DNA from: an uncultured Acidaminococcales bacterium
Lineage (GTDB): Bacteria > Bacillota > Negativicutes > Acidaminococcales > JAISLQ01
DNA: 64,000 bases
Direction of reading: 5' to 3'
Assembly (NCBI GenBank): GCA_964551985.1
Contig: CAZKFG010000003.1
Location: 3,821-67,820, forward strand
The notes beneath the pieces were generated by a model, which saw only the letters and a list, made by a program, of their open reading frames with translations, was not told the origin of the DNA and made no database searches. Shown piece after piece: positions 56,398 through 64,000 of this stretch (its first letter is position 1; each line of letters begins with the position of its first letter). The translations under genes were made by a program, and so were the position numbers.

Positions 56398-59169
56398 ATG
56401 CCTAAGCACAGAATATTTGAACTAGCTAAAGAATTTGATACTACAAGTAAGGTTGTTTTGGATATATTAACTAGAAATAATATTGAAGTTAAAAATCACA
56501 TGAGTAGTGTGGATGACAATGTAAAAGATTTAATTGGTAAGACTTTTGCCCGTAAAGCGGCTGAAGTAGAAAAGCCAAAAACAATTGAGGTAAGACAACC
56601 ACAAAAAGAAGTTAAAGTAGTAGATACAAAAAAAGTAACTGAACAGGTGAAAAAAGAGGCGGAACCAGTAAAGAATACGCCAGAAAAAATAGTTTTTACA
56701 CCTAGTCCTGTAAAGAAAAGTTATAATGATAGGCAATTTGCACATAAGCCAAATAGCTATCAAAATAATAATGCAAAAAAAGATTTTGCCGATAAACCAA
56801 GATATGAGCAAAATGCTAATAGAAATTTTCAATCAAACCAACAAAGACCACAGCAAACAAACAATCAAGGAAATGCGCAAAGACCGTTGTTTCAACCTAA
56901 TCAGCAAAGGCCGCAACAACATAACAATCAAGGAAATGCACAAAGACCTCCTTATCAACCAAATCAACAAAGACCGCAACAATACAACAATCAAGGTAAT
57001 ACGCAAAAATCTCCTTATCAACAAAACCAACAAAGACCACAACAAAATAACAATCAAGGTAGTGTGCAAAGACCTCCTTATCAACAAAACCAACAAAGAC
57101 CGCAACAGTATAATAATCAAGGTAATGCGCAAAGATCTCCTTATCAAAATAATCCAAACAATCAAAATAGACCAAACTATGCACCAAGAAAAGATTTTTC
57201 AGCTTCTGCTAGACCAGTAGCAAATGATAACAAAAGAGTGTTTGTGCCTGATACAAAACCACCAGAAGTTCAACAAAACAAATTTTTTAATCCACAAAAA
57301 AAGAAACAAAAAGGTTTTGACAAAAAATTTGATAAAGAGAAAACAGATAATTTAAACAAAAACAAAAATGCAGGAAAACCTAGTCGTGCCGGTGCTTTTA
57401 TAATGCCGACGGTTAACAAACACAAACCTACAAGCATAGAAATACCGGAATCTATTTCGGTAAAAGATTTTGCGGAAATAACAAAAAGAGAAGTAGCAGA
57501 AGTCATTAAAGCACTTATGCACCTTGGTGTTATGGCTACAATTAATCAAGAGATAGATTTTGATACAGCAAGTTTGGTTGGCGGTGAATTTAATGTAGAA
57601 GTAATTGCATTACCACCTGAACAAGATCCAACTGAAATACCAGAAATTGAAGATGACCTTAAAAAACATGTTCACAGAGCGCCTGTTGTTACAATAATGG
57701 GTCATGTTGACCATGGTAAAACTTCTTTACTTGATACGATAAGAAAAACAAATGTTACAGCTCGTGAAGCTGGTGGTATTACTCAACATATTGGTGCTTA
57801 TCAAGTACATTATCAAGGTAAAAAGATAGTATTTTTAGATACTCCTGGTCATGAAGCATTTACTTCTATGCGTGCTAGAGGTGCGAAAGTTACTGATATT
57901 GCGATATTAGTTGTTGCTGCAGATGATGGTGTTATGCCACAAACAATAGAAGCTATCAACCATGCTAAATCAGCAGAAGTACCTATTATTGTTGCGATAA
58001 ATAAAATTGATAAACCAAATGCTCAGCCTGATAAAGTAAAACAACAATTGTCAGAGCATGGGCTATTAGCTGAAGACTGGGGCGGACAGACCATAATGGT
58101 TCCAGTTTCTGCACATAAAAAAATCGGACTTACAGATTTATTAGAGATGATTTTACTTGTTGCAGAAATGCAAGAACTTACTGCAAATCCTACAATTCCA
58201 GCGCAAGGCACTATTATCGAAGCACAACTTGACAAAGGCAAAGGGCCTGTTGCTACAGTTTTGGTGCAAAAAGGAACGCTACGTGTTGGCGATACAATAT
58301 TGGCTGGTACTGCATACGGTAAAGTACGGGCAATGTCTAATGAACGTGGTGAACTACTTAAAAAAGCAGGTCCGTCCACACCTGTTGAATTGCTTGGCTT
58401 GTCAGGAGTTCCTATGGCAGGTGACATTTTAAATGTTACTGATGAGAAAGTTGCTCGTAGTATTTCAGAAAAACGACTAGCAAGACAAAAGACAGAGGAA
58501 TTACAAAATAGTAGTAAAGTATCATTGGATGATATTTTCAGACAAATACAAGATGGTAAATTAAAAGAACTTAAAATTGTTGTTAAAGCAGACGTTCAAG
58601 GTACAATTGAAGCTTTGCGTCAATCTTTAGAAAATATCAAAAATGAAGAAGTAAAAGTAGTAGTTGTGCACTCTGGTGTTGGTGCAATAAATGACACTGA
58701 TGTTATGTTGGCATCAGCCTCTAATGCACTTATTATTGGCTTTAATGTTCGTCCTGACGCAAATGCTAGAAAAACTGCCGAAAACGAAAAAGTAGACATT
58801 AGAATGTATCGTGTAATATATGATGCTATAAATGATGTTGAAGCTGCTATAAAAGGTATGCTCGCACCAAAATATAAAGAAGTCATACAAGGCCGAGTAG
58901 AAATAAGACAAGTAATTACAATCTCTAAGATGCTAATTGCAGGCTGTTATGTTCTTGAAGGTAAAATAACACGTACAAGCAAGGTGCGTTTATTGAGAGA
59001 CAACATTATTGTCTATGAAGGTGAGCTGGAATCTTTACGCCGTTTTAAAGACGATGTTAAAGAAGTAGCAGCAGGCTATGAATGTGGACTTACACTAGAT
59101 AAGTTCCGCGATGTTAAAGAAGGCGATATTGTCGAAGCTTATATTATGGAAGAAATAAAGCAAGACTAG
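56398..59169 (+). CDS. infB: Translation initiation factor IF-2 with a repeat-expanded N-terminal region
   Basis: 923 aa. It has the G-domain ([26 protein letters not shown]) and C-terminal domains. The N-terminal third contains five Q/N/P-rich 21-aa repeats. Confidence 0.97.
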   Translation: MPKHRIFELAKEFDTTSKVVLDILTRNNIEVKNHMSSVDDNVKDLIGKTFARKAAEVEKPKTIEVRQPQKEVKVVDTKKVTEQVKKEAEPVKNTPEKIVFTPSPVKKSYNDRQFAHKPNSYQNNNAKKDFADKPRYEQNANRNFQSNQQRPQQTNNQGNAQRPLFQPNQQRPQQHNNQGNAQRPPYQPNQQRPQQYNNQGNTQKSPYQQNQQRPQQNNNQGSVQRPPYQQNQQRPQQYNNQGNAQRSPYQNNPNNQNRPNYAPRKDFSASARPVANDNKRVFVPDTKPPEVQQNKFFNPQKKKQKGFDKKFDKEKTDNLNKNKNAGKPSRAGAFIMPTVNKHKPTSIEIPESISVKDFAEITKREVAEVIKALMHLGVMATINQEIDFDTASLVGGEFNVEVIALPPEQDPTEIPEIEDDLKKHVHRAPVVTIMGHVDHGKTSLLDTIRKTNVTAREAGGITQHIGAYQVHYQGKKIVFLDTPGHEAFTSMRARGAKVTDIAILVVAADDGVMPQTIEAINHAKSAEVPIIVAINKIDKPNAQPDKVKQQLSEHGLLAEDWGGQTIMVPVSAHKKIGLTDLLEMILLVAEMQELTANPTIPAQGTIIEAQLDKGKGPVATVLVQKGTLRVGDTILAGTAYGKVRAMSNERGELLKKAGPSTPVELLGLSGVPMAGDILNVTDEKVARSISEKRLARQKTEELQNSSKVSLDDIFRQIQDGKLKELKIVVKADVQGTIEALRQSLENIKNEEVKVVVVHSGVGAINDTDVMLASASNALIIGFNVRPDANARKTAENEKVDIRMYRVIYDAINDVEAAIKGMLAPKYKEVIQGRVEIRQVITISKMLIAGCYVLEGKITRTSKVRLLRDNIIVYEGELESLRRFKDDVKEVAAGYECGLTLDKFRDVKEGDIVEAYIMEEIKQD
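56839..57153 (+). repeat. Five imperfect tandem copies of a 63-bp unit inside infB, encoding ([21 protein letters not shown])x5
   Basis: Unit boundaries were read directly at 56839, 56902, 56965, 57028 and 57091. The repeat explains the alternative-frame and antisense ORFs 56726..57220(+), 56833..57165(-) and 56897..57187(-). Confidence 0.9.
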
Positions 59170-59188
59170 CCAAATTAGGAGGTGACTT

Positions 59189-59530
59189 ATGGCGCAGGTA
59201 AGAGTTGAAAAAGTGCAAGAGATGATAAAGCAAGAGGTTAGCAATATTGTATTAAACGAAATAAAAGACCCGCGTGTAAAATTTGTCACTATTACTGCAG
59301 TACAAGTTACCAATGATTTACAAAATGCTAAAATATATGTTAGCTTATATGGAAAAGAAGAAGAAAAACAAGATTGCTTAAAAGGACTCAGTAGTGCATT
59401 AGGATTTATACGCAAACAAATCGGACAAAGAATACGACTTAGAGTTACACCAGAACTTAGCATTCACGAAGATAAATCTTTAGAATACAGTGAACATATA
59501 CAAAAGCTTTTGATTAAAATACAAGAATAA
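59189..59530 (+). CDS. rbfA: Ribosome-binding factor A
   Basis: 113 aa with RVEKVQEMIKQEVSNIVLNEIKDPRV...VTITAVQVTNDLQNAKIYVS. Confidence 0.95.
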   Translation: MAQVRVEKVQEMIKQEVSNIVLNEIKDPRVKFVTITAVQVTNDLQNAKIYVSLYGKEEEKQDCLKGLSSALGFIRKQIGQRIRLRVTPELSIHEDKSLEYSEHIQKLLIKIQE

Positions 59531-59546
59531 TATCAAAGGTAGAACT

Positions 59547-60500
59547 ATGAAAGATTGTAATATAAAAGAAACGGTTGACTTTATTAAAAAAACAGATAGT
59601 TTTATTTTAACTACACATATTAACCCTGATGCAGATGCAGTAGGCTCACTTTTGTCTTTAGGGCTTACACTAGATAAACTAGGTAAAAAAGTACAAATGT
59701 TTATTGATGATGAAATTCCTGTACAGTTGTCTTTTTTGCCTAGTATTGAGAAAGTGCAAAAACCATCTAGTGAAAAACTAAACATTGCTGATACTTTAAT
59801 AATATTAGACTCTAGTGATGTAGAGAGAGTGGGAAATGTAATAAACTGTGTTCAAGTTCAAAATGTTTTTAACATAGATCATCACATTTCTAATAATGGT
59901 GGATTTGATTTTAGATGTTTAGACACAAAAGCTACAGCAACTTGTCAAATGCTTTTTGAACTACTGCAAGAATTAGGTTTGCATATTGATGAAGATATTG
60001 CAACTTGCATTTATGCAGGTCTTGCTTCAGATTGCGGCTTTTTTCGCTATGCTAATACGACAGAAAAAACCTTTTTAATCGCAGCAAAACTAATTGATTT
60101 AGGTGTTAAGCCTAGCTTGGTTTCTGACAACCTAGAATTGCAAACAGTACATGAATTACAAATATTACCAAAAATCTTGCAAACATTAGAGTTTCATTTT
60201 GACAATAGGTTAGCTAGTATAGATATACCACTTGATTTATACCAACCTGGCATGGAAACAGATGCTTTTATGAAATATCCTCGTTACATTGCAGGGGTAG
60301 AAGTTGCTTTAATGTTTAAAAGTATAAGTGAGAACGTAACCAAAATAAGTATGAGGTCTAAAATAATGGACGTAAGTAAAATAGCACTTAGTTTTGGTGG
60401 CGGCGGACATATCAATGCAGCAGGTTGTACAGTAAAAGCAAACCTACAAGAAGCAAAAAAAATAATACTCAAAATATTACAAGAACAATTGGGAAAATAA
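59547..60500 (+). CDS. nrnA: DHH/DHHA1 phosphoesterase (NrnA-like oligoribonuclease/pAp phosphatase)
   Basis: Motifs are HINPDADAVGS, LDSSD, DHH (NIDHHISN) and the DHHA1 GGGGH motif. Confidence 0.85.
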   Translation: MKDCNIKETVDFIKKTDSFILTTHINPDADAVGSLLSLGLTLDKLGKKVQMFIDDEIPVQLSFLPSIEKVQKPSSEKLNIADTLIILDSSDVERVGNVINCVQVQNVFNIDHHISNNGGFDFRCLDTKATATCQMLFELLQELGLHIDEDIATCIYAGLASDCGFFRYANTTEKTFLIAAKLIDLGVKPSLVSDNLELQTVHELQILPKILQTLEFHFDNRLASIDIPLDLYQPGMETDAFMKYPRYIAGVEVALMFKSISENVTKISMRSKIMDVSKIALSFGGGGHINAAGCTVKANLQEAKKIILKILQEQLGK

Positions 60501-60505
60501 ACTAT

Positions 60506-61363
60506 ATGATAACAGGCATTTTAAATGTTTTAAAATTACCACAAATGACTTCGCACGATGTAATTTACTTTGTACGCAGAGTAACAGGAGAGAAAAAAGT
60601 AGGGCATTTAGGTACGCTTGATCCTGATGCTGCTGGCGTACTGCCTGTATTTATTGGTCAAGCAACAAAGCTTATTGAGTATAGCGATAGTTTAAATAAA
60701 ACTTATAAAGCACAAATATTGCTAGGTAAAAAAACAGATACAGGTGATGATAGCGGAACTGTTATTAAAACTGATTTGGTACCTTATTTAGATTTTGCTA
60801 AAATTCAGAATGTTTTAAATGAGTTTTTAGGTCAAACAACTCAGATTCCACCAATGTATAGTGCTTTAAAATATAATGGAAAAAAACTTTACCAACTGGC
60901 AAGACAAGGACAAACTGTTGAAAGAAAAGAACGCATTATCAATATAGATAAGATAAAGTTGCACAATATAAATGGTGATAAGTTGTTGATAGAAGTGACT
61001 TGCTCTAAAGGAACTTATATTCGTACACTAATAGAAGATATAGCAGAAAAATTAGGCACTTGTGGTACTATGACTTTTTTGCTTAGAACTGCATCTAGTG
61101 TTTTTACGATAGAGAATTCTGCTACTTTAGAGCAACTACAAGAAGACTATACAAAATACTTACTGCCTGCAGATTTTAGCATACAACACCTACCACAACT
61201 TATTGTTACGGATAATCAAGCACTTCGCTTAACGCAGGGAGTAAAGACAACTATTGCAAATCAAGTGCAAGGTTTAGCCAGAATTTATGACAACAATAAT
61301 AAGTTTTATGGTATAGGTATATCTGATGGACATATGGTTAAACCGGAAAAAATTTTTGCCTAA
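60506..61363 (+). CDS. truB: tRNA pseudouridine-55 synthase TruB
   Basis: GILNVLKLPQMTSHDVIYFVRR...KVGHLGTLDPDAAGVLPV contains the catalytic Asp motif. The ATG at 60506 is the likely start, while the track ORF starts upstream inside nrnA (60425). Confidence 0.93.
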   Translation: MITGILNVLKLPQMTSHDVIYFVRRVTGEKKVGHLGTLDPDAAGVLPVFIGQATKLIEYSDSLNKTYKAQILLGKKTDTGDDSGTVIKTDLVPYLDFAKIQNVLNEFLGQTTQIPPMYSALKYNGKKLYQLARQGQTVERKERIINIDKIKLHNINGDKLLIEVTCSKGTYIRTLIEDIAEKLGTCGTMTFLLRTASSVFTIENSATLEQLQEDYTKYLLPADFSIQHLPQLIVTDNQALRLTQGVKTTIANQVQGLARIYDNNNKFYGIGISDGHMVKPEKIFA

Positions 61364-61384
61364 TTTTTCAATGGAGATAAAAAA

Positions 61385-62320
61385 TTGCAAGTAATAGAAA
61401 ATTTTCAAGATGTAAAACAATTGTATAATGGTTGCGTAATTGCTTTAGGTACTTTTGATGGTATACATCTTGGTCATAAAGATATAGTTTCTTGTGCTAA
61501 AGAATATGCAAAAGAACATAAAATAAAATCAGTAGTTTTTTCTTTTAGTAATCATCCACTGGATTTTATTGCACCAGAAAAAGCACCGCTTAGAATTTGC
61601 TCAGAGCAAACAAAAAAACATTTATTGAATGAGCTCGGTATTGATTTATTGTTTAATATGCACTTTGATTACAATTTTGCAAAAGTTAGCTCGGAAGAAT
61701 TTATTGCTAATTTAAAAACATTTTTCAATCCAAGTTGTTTGGTTATTGGTGACAATTATTCATATGGTTATCTTGGTGCAGGTACTGCGCAAACGCTTGT
61801 GGATGATGGTAAAAAGCATGGTTTTGAAGTAGTTGTAAGAAGTTTGGTTAAATTAGATGATATAATTGTCAGTAGTACAAATATTCGTAAATATATAACC
61901 AAAGGTGATGTGCAAATTACAAACAGACTTTTGGGACACAGGTATTGTATTGATGGAAAAGTAATCCATGGTTTTAATCGCGGTGCAAAAATGGGTTTTG
62001 CCACAGCAAATGTTGAAACTGATTGTAAAAGTCAAATTATTCTTGGTGATGGAGTATATTTAGCTAAAGTTAATATTGATAATAAGCAACTTAATGCCAT
62101 TGTCAATATCGGTAAAAATCCTACTTTTGCTCTTGAAAAAAGGCAAATAGAAGTACATATTCTTGATTTTTCTGAAAACATTTATGGTAAAGCAATAAAC
62201 GTTAGTTTTATTAAAAAAATTCGTGACGAACAGAAATTTAATAATGAACAGGAACTTATAAAAACAGTAACAAATGACATAAAAACAGCTAAAGATTTTT
62301 TTGGAAATACATCATTATGA
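61385..62320 (+). CDS. ribF: Bifunctional riboflavin kinase / FMN adenylyltransferase
   Basis: It has the FAD-synthetase N-domain (ALGTFDGIHLGHKDI) and the riboflavin kinase C-domain (GFNRGAKMGFATANV...EVHILDF..NIYGK). The start is TTG. Confidence 0.93.
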   Translation: MQVIENFQDVKQLYNGCVIALGTFDGIHLGHKDIVSCAKEYAKEHKIKSVVFSFSNHPLDFIAPEKAPLRICSEQTKKHLLNELGIDLLFNMHFDYNFAKVSSEEFIANLKTFFNPSCLVIGDNYSYGYLGAGTAQTLVDDGKKHGFEVVVRSLVKLDDIIVSSTNIRKYITKGDVQITNRLLGHRYCIDGKVIHGFNRGAKMGFATANVETDCKSQIILGDGVYLAKVNIDNKQLNAIVNIGKNPTFALEKRQIEVHILDFSENIYGKAINVSFIKKIRDEQKFNNEQELIKTVTNDIKTAKDFFGNTSL

Positions 62321-62434
62321 TATTTACACAAAGGATAATTTGTGTTAATATAAACATCTAAGAAAAACCATTGCTTGGATACACGACTCTCCAACGTTAT
62401 CTAGGCTATGGGGTTAATTATCAAGGAGGAAAAA

Positions 62435-62701
62435 ATGATAACAAACGAACAAAAACAAGAAATTATCAACCAATTTAGAACACATGAAGGGGATACTGGT
62501 TCATCACAAGTACAAATTGCTATTTTAACTGCACGTATCAAATATTTGACAGAACACTTAAAAGAGCATAAAAAAGACCACCATTCAAGACGTGGACTTC
62601 TAAAATTAGTTGGACAAAGACGTGGATTATTAACTTATATGCAAGGTAAAGACCTTGAAGGTTATCGTGCATTGATTGCAAAACTAGGTTTACGTAAATA
62701 A
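62435..62701 (+). CDS. rpsO: 30S ribosomal protein S15
   Basis: 88 aa: [68 protein letters not shown]. The ATG at 62435 follows GGAGG. The track ORF starts upstream at 62408. Confidence 0.97.
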   Translation: MITNEQKQEIINQFRTHEGDTGSSQVQIAILTARIKYLTEHLKEHKKDHHSRRGLLKLVGQRRGLLTYMQGKDLEGYRALIAKLGLRK

Positions 62702-62712
62702 AGCACTATATT

Positions 62713-62749
62713 GTTAAAGGCTACCTCAATTTATGAGGTAGCCTTTAAC
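62713..62749. terminator. Strong bidirectional terminator (16-bp stem GTTAAAGGCTACCTCA/TGAGGTAGCCTTTAAC) shared by rpsO (+) and the convergent LUD gene (-)
   Basis: The inverted repeat was read directly. It is flanked by T/A runs on both sides. Confidence 0.85.
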
Positions 62750-62753
62750 AGTT

Positions 62754-63374
62754 TTAAAAACCTAGGTTTTCGTTTACAAGCCATACGTGAATATTAGAGT
62801 CATTTGGTTGTTTGTTTAAAATTGTTGTAGCATTGCAAATGCGTGTCTGACTATCACAATCCATACAATAACCTGTGTGTACACACGGGTTATTATTTTT
62901 GACCCTTTTACTGTTTTGAGGGGCAGCTATTTCTTTCATCCGTTTTAATGCTTCATCAACATTTCTAACTATTTTATTGATGCCAGCAATTACTATTACT
63001 TTTTTAGGTCCAAAAATCATAGCAGCAACTCTTTGACCTGTTCCGTCTGTGTTTACAAGTTTGCCATCTTCTGTTATGGCATTAGAGCTTGTTAAAAACA
63101 CATCGCACAAAAGCTGATTTTTACGTATTTGCAGTTTTTCTTCAGGTGTTTGGTTGGGTAGGTGATGATCATAAACTATGTTACCACGCTCGGCTAGTTT
63201 TTCATAAATATGATTGTCAATTAAGGTTTTTGATCCTCCCATACCAACAGTTTGCTCTAATGCTATTGTGTTTAAAAGTTCTTCTATAACGTCATTTATC
63301 GTTTCAAAATATCTGGCATGAAATCTATTTTTGTTTAGAATATTAACAACTTCTAGGCATTTTTCTTTACTCAT
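62754..63374 (-). CDS. LUD-domain (DUF162, LutC/YkgG-like) protein with a C-terminal Cys cluster
   Basis: 206 aa with the motifs GMGGSKTL, VFLTSSNAITEDGKLVNTDGTGQRVAAMIFGPKKVIVIAGINKIV and NPCVHTGYCMDCDSQTRIC. The family assignment is from memory. Confidence 0.7.
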   Translation of the reverse strand: MSKEKCLEVVNILNKNRFHARYFETINDVIEELLNTIALEQTVGMGGSKTLIDNHIYEKLAERGNIVYDHHLPNQTPEEKLQIRKNQLLCDVFLTSSNAITEDGKLVNTDGTGQRVAAMIFGPKKVIVIAGINKIVRNVDEALKRMKEIAAPQNSKRVKNNNPCVHTGYCMDCDSQTRICNATTILNKQPNDSNIHVWLVNENLGF

Positions 63375-63384
63375 TTTATCCTCC

Positions 63385-64000
63385 TTATGCTCTTATGAAA
63401 AACCACGCTAATAGTACAAAGTTCGCAACTATCATAACAGGACCGTTGCGTTTAGCTAGTTCCATTGGATTTTTAACTCCAGCGAGTCCGCAAGAAATCA
63501 TAGCAACAGCGGCTATAGGAGACATTGTTCTTCCAAGACAACCAGCAATAGCAGCAACACCGCCAAGATCTAGTGCATTGATGCCTAGTGCTGCAGCGTG
63601 TGGAGTAACAGCATTGTTAAAAGCAACTGATGCAGCATCACCTGAACCGACAACCAATGCCAGTAAAAATGGTCCAAAAGCACCAGCAACTTTAGCAAAA
63701 GCAGGATTTGAATTCATTATAGTGAGCATTTCTTTTAGCAAGCCTGATGTTGTAAGTCCGGCAACGAATACTGCTGATGCAATGATGATACCATATACAT
63801 GAGAAAATCCGTGACCTAGACCTTTAAAAAAGGCATTTGATATTTCGCCTGGGCTTGTTCTTGTAACTATACAACAAACAATAACACCTATAATCATAGC
63901 GTAAGATATTTCTAGCACTTTAAGTGCAGGAACTATTTTTAATGAGCCTAATAAAATAAGTGTCAGAGGAACAAGCGGTACAAGTGCTTTTAGAACATCT
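63385..64000 (-). CDS. DcuC-type anaerobic C4-dicarboxylate carrier, C-terminal part (the gene continues beyond the window)
   Basis: It is a polytopic hydrophobic protein. The segment GSGDAASVAFNNAVTPHAAALGINALDLGGVAAIAGCLGRTMSPIAAVAMISCGLAGV resembles the DcuC C-terminus. I translated 63919-63999 on the minus strand and the frame stays open to the window edge. Confidence 0.65.
   Translation of the reverse strand, partial: DVLKALVPLVPLTLILLGSLKIVPALKVLEISYAMIIGVIVCCIVTRTSPGEISNAFFKGLGHGFSHVYGIIIASAVFVAGLTTSGLLKEMLTIMNSNPAFAKVAGAFGPFLLALVVGSGDAASVAFNNAVTPHAAALGINALDLGGVAAIAGCLGRTMSPIAAVAMISCGLAGVKNPMELAKRNGPVMIVANFVLLAWFFIRA

Noticed and set aside
56770-56800. GCCGATAA sequence resembling a sigmaD -10 element
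   Set aside because: It lies inside the infB coding region, and there is no TAAA -35 element at the required 15-16 nt spacing. It is most likely a chance match.
56726-57220. 164-aa + strand alternative-frame ORF and two minus-strand ORFs (56833..57165, 56897..57187) inside infB
   Set aside because: All three are by-products of the 5 x 63-bp tandem repeat, because periodic sequence keeps several frames open. The infB frame is continuous with the conserved G-domain and is the real one.
62326-62345. Small hairpin ACACAAA-ggataa-TTTGTGT just after ribF, a possible ribF terminator or part of an S15-binding rpsO leader
   Set aside because: It is a 7-bp AT-rich stem without a clear U-tract. I could not build a convincing three-way junction or pseudoknot around the rpsO SD by eye, so it needs a covariance-model scan and cannot be called here.
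1-64000. Search for tRNA, rRNA, CRISPR repeats, IS or transposase genes, integrases other than xerC, and toxin-antitoxin pairs
   Set aside because: None was found. Non-coding gaps are all 165 bp or shorter and are accounted for by promoters, terminators and leaders. The only recombinase is the housekeeping XerC.

Overview
AT-rich chromosomal segment of low-GC Firmicute type. It holds about 70 tightly packed genes, and all but the last two are on the + strand. Gene order follows the classical B. subtilis segment: smf(dprA)-topA-trmFO-codV(xerC)-codY, the fla/che operon through sigD, then rpsB-tsf-pyrH-frr-uppS-cdsA-dxr-rseP-proS-polC-rimP-nusA-ylxR-ylxQ-infB-rbfA-truB-ribF-rpsO. Roughly 5.8-39.5 kb is one flagellar/chemotaxis super-operon: flgBC, fliEFGHIJ, fliK, flgDE, flbD, fliLMY, cheY, fliOPQR, flhBAFG, a PilZ protein, cheBAWCD, sigD and fapA. 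Roughly 39.6-62.7 kb is a translation, isoprenoid and replication block. The window ends with a convergent LUD-domain gene and a partial DcuC-type transporter gene. I saw no tRNA, rRNA, CRISPR array, IS element or prophage. Differences from the B. subtilis template are as follows. There is no hslVU between xerC and codY. The fla/che operon carries extra genes: an SLT lytic transglycosylase, a TIGR02530-like protein, a PilZ protein, a 2-TM acidic protein, FapA, and two small proteins after sigD. A small ORF plus an untracked 54-aa ferredoxin lie between frr and uppS. ispG lies between rseP and proS, and nrnA between rbfA and truB. A GIY-YIG/DUF4357 nuclease gene is inserted between proS and polC. 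The most notable observation is that the PolC-type replicase (1218 aa) has no 3'-5' exonuclease domain at the position inside the PHP domain where canonical PolC carries one, while all nine canonical PHP metal-ligand positions are intact. Other points worth a second look are a sharp codon-usage and strand-composition island inside the flagellar operon that ends abruptly within flgE, a U-tract-less GC hairpin after flgE, candidate leader structures before rimP-nusA and rpsB, and a 5 x 63 bp Q/N/P-rich tandem repeat in infB. All calls come from reading the sequence and the ORF track by eye. No searches were run.
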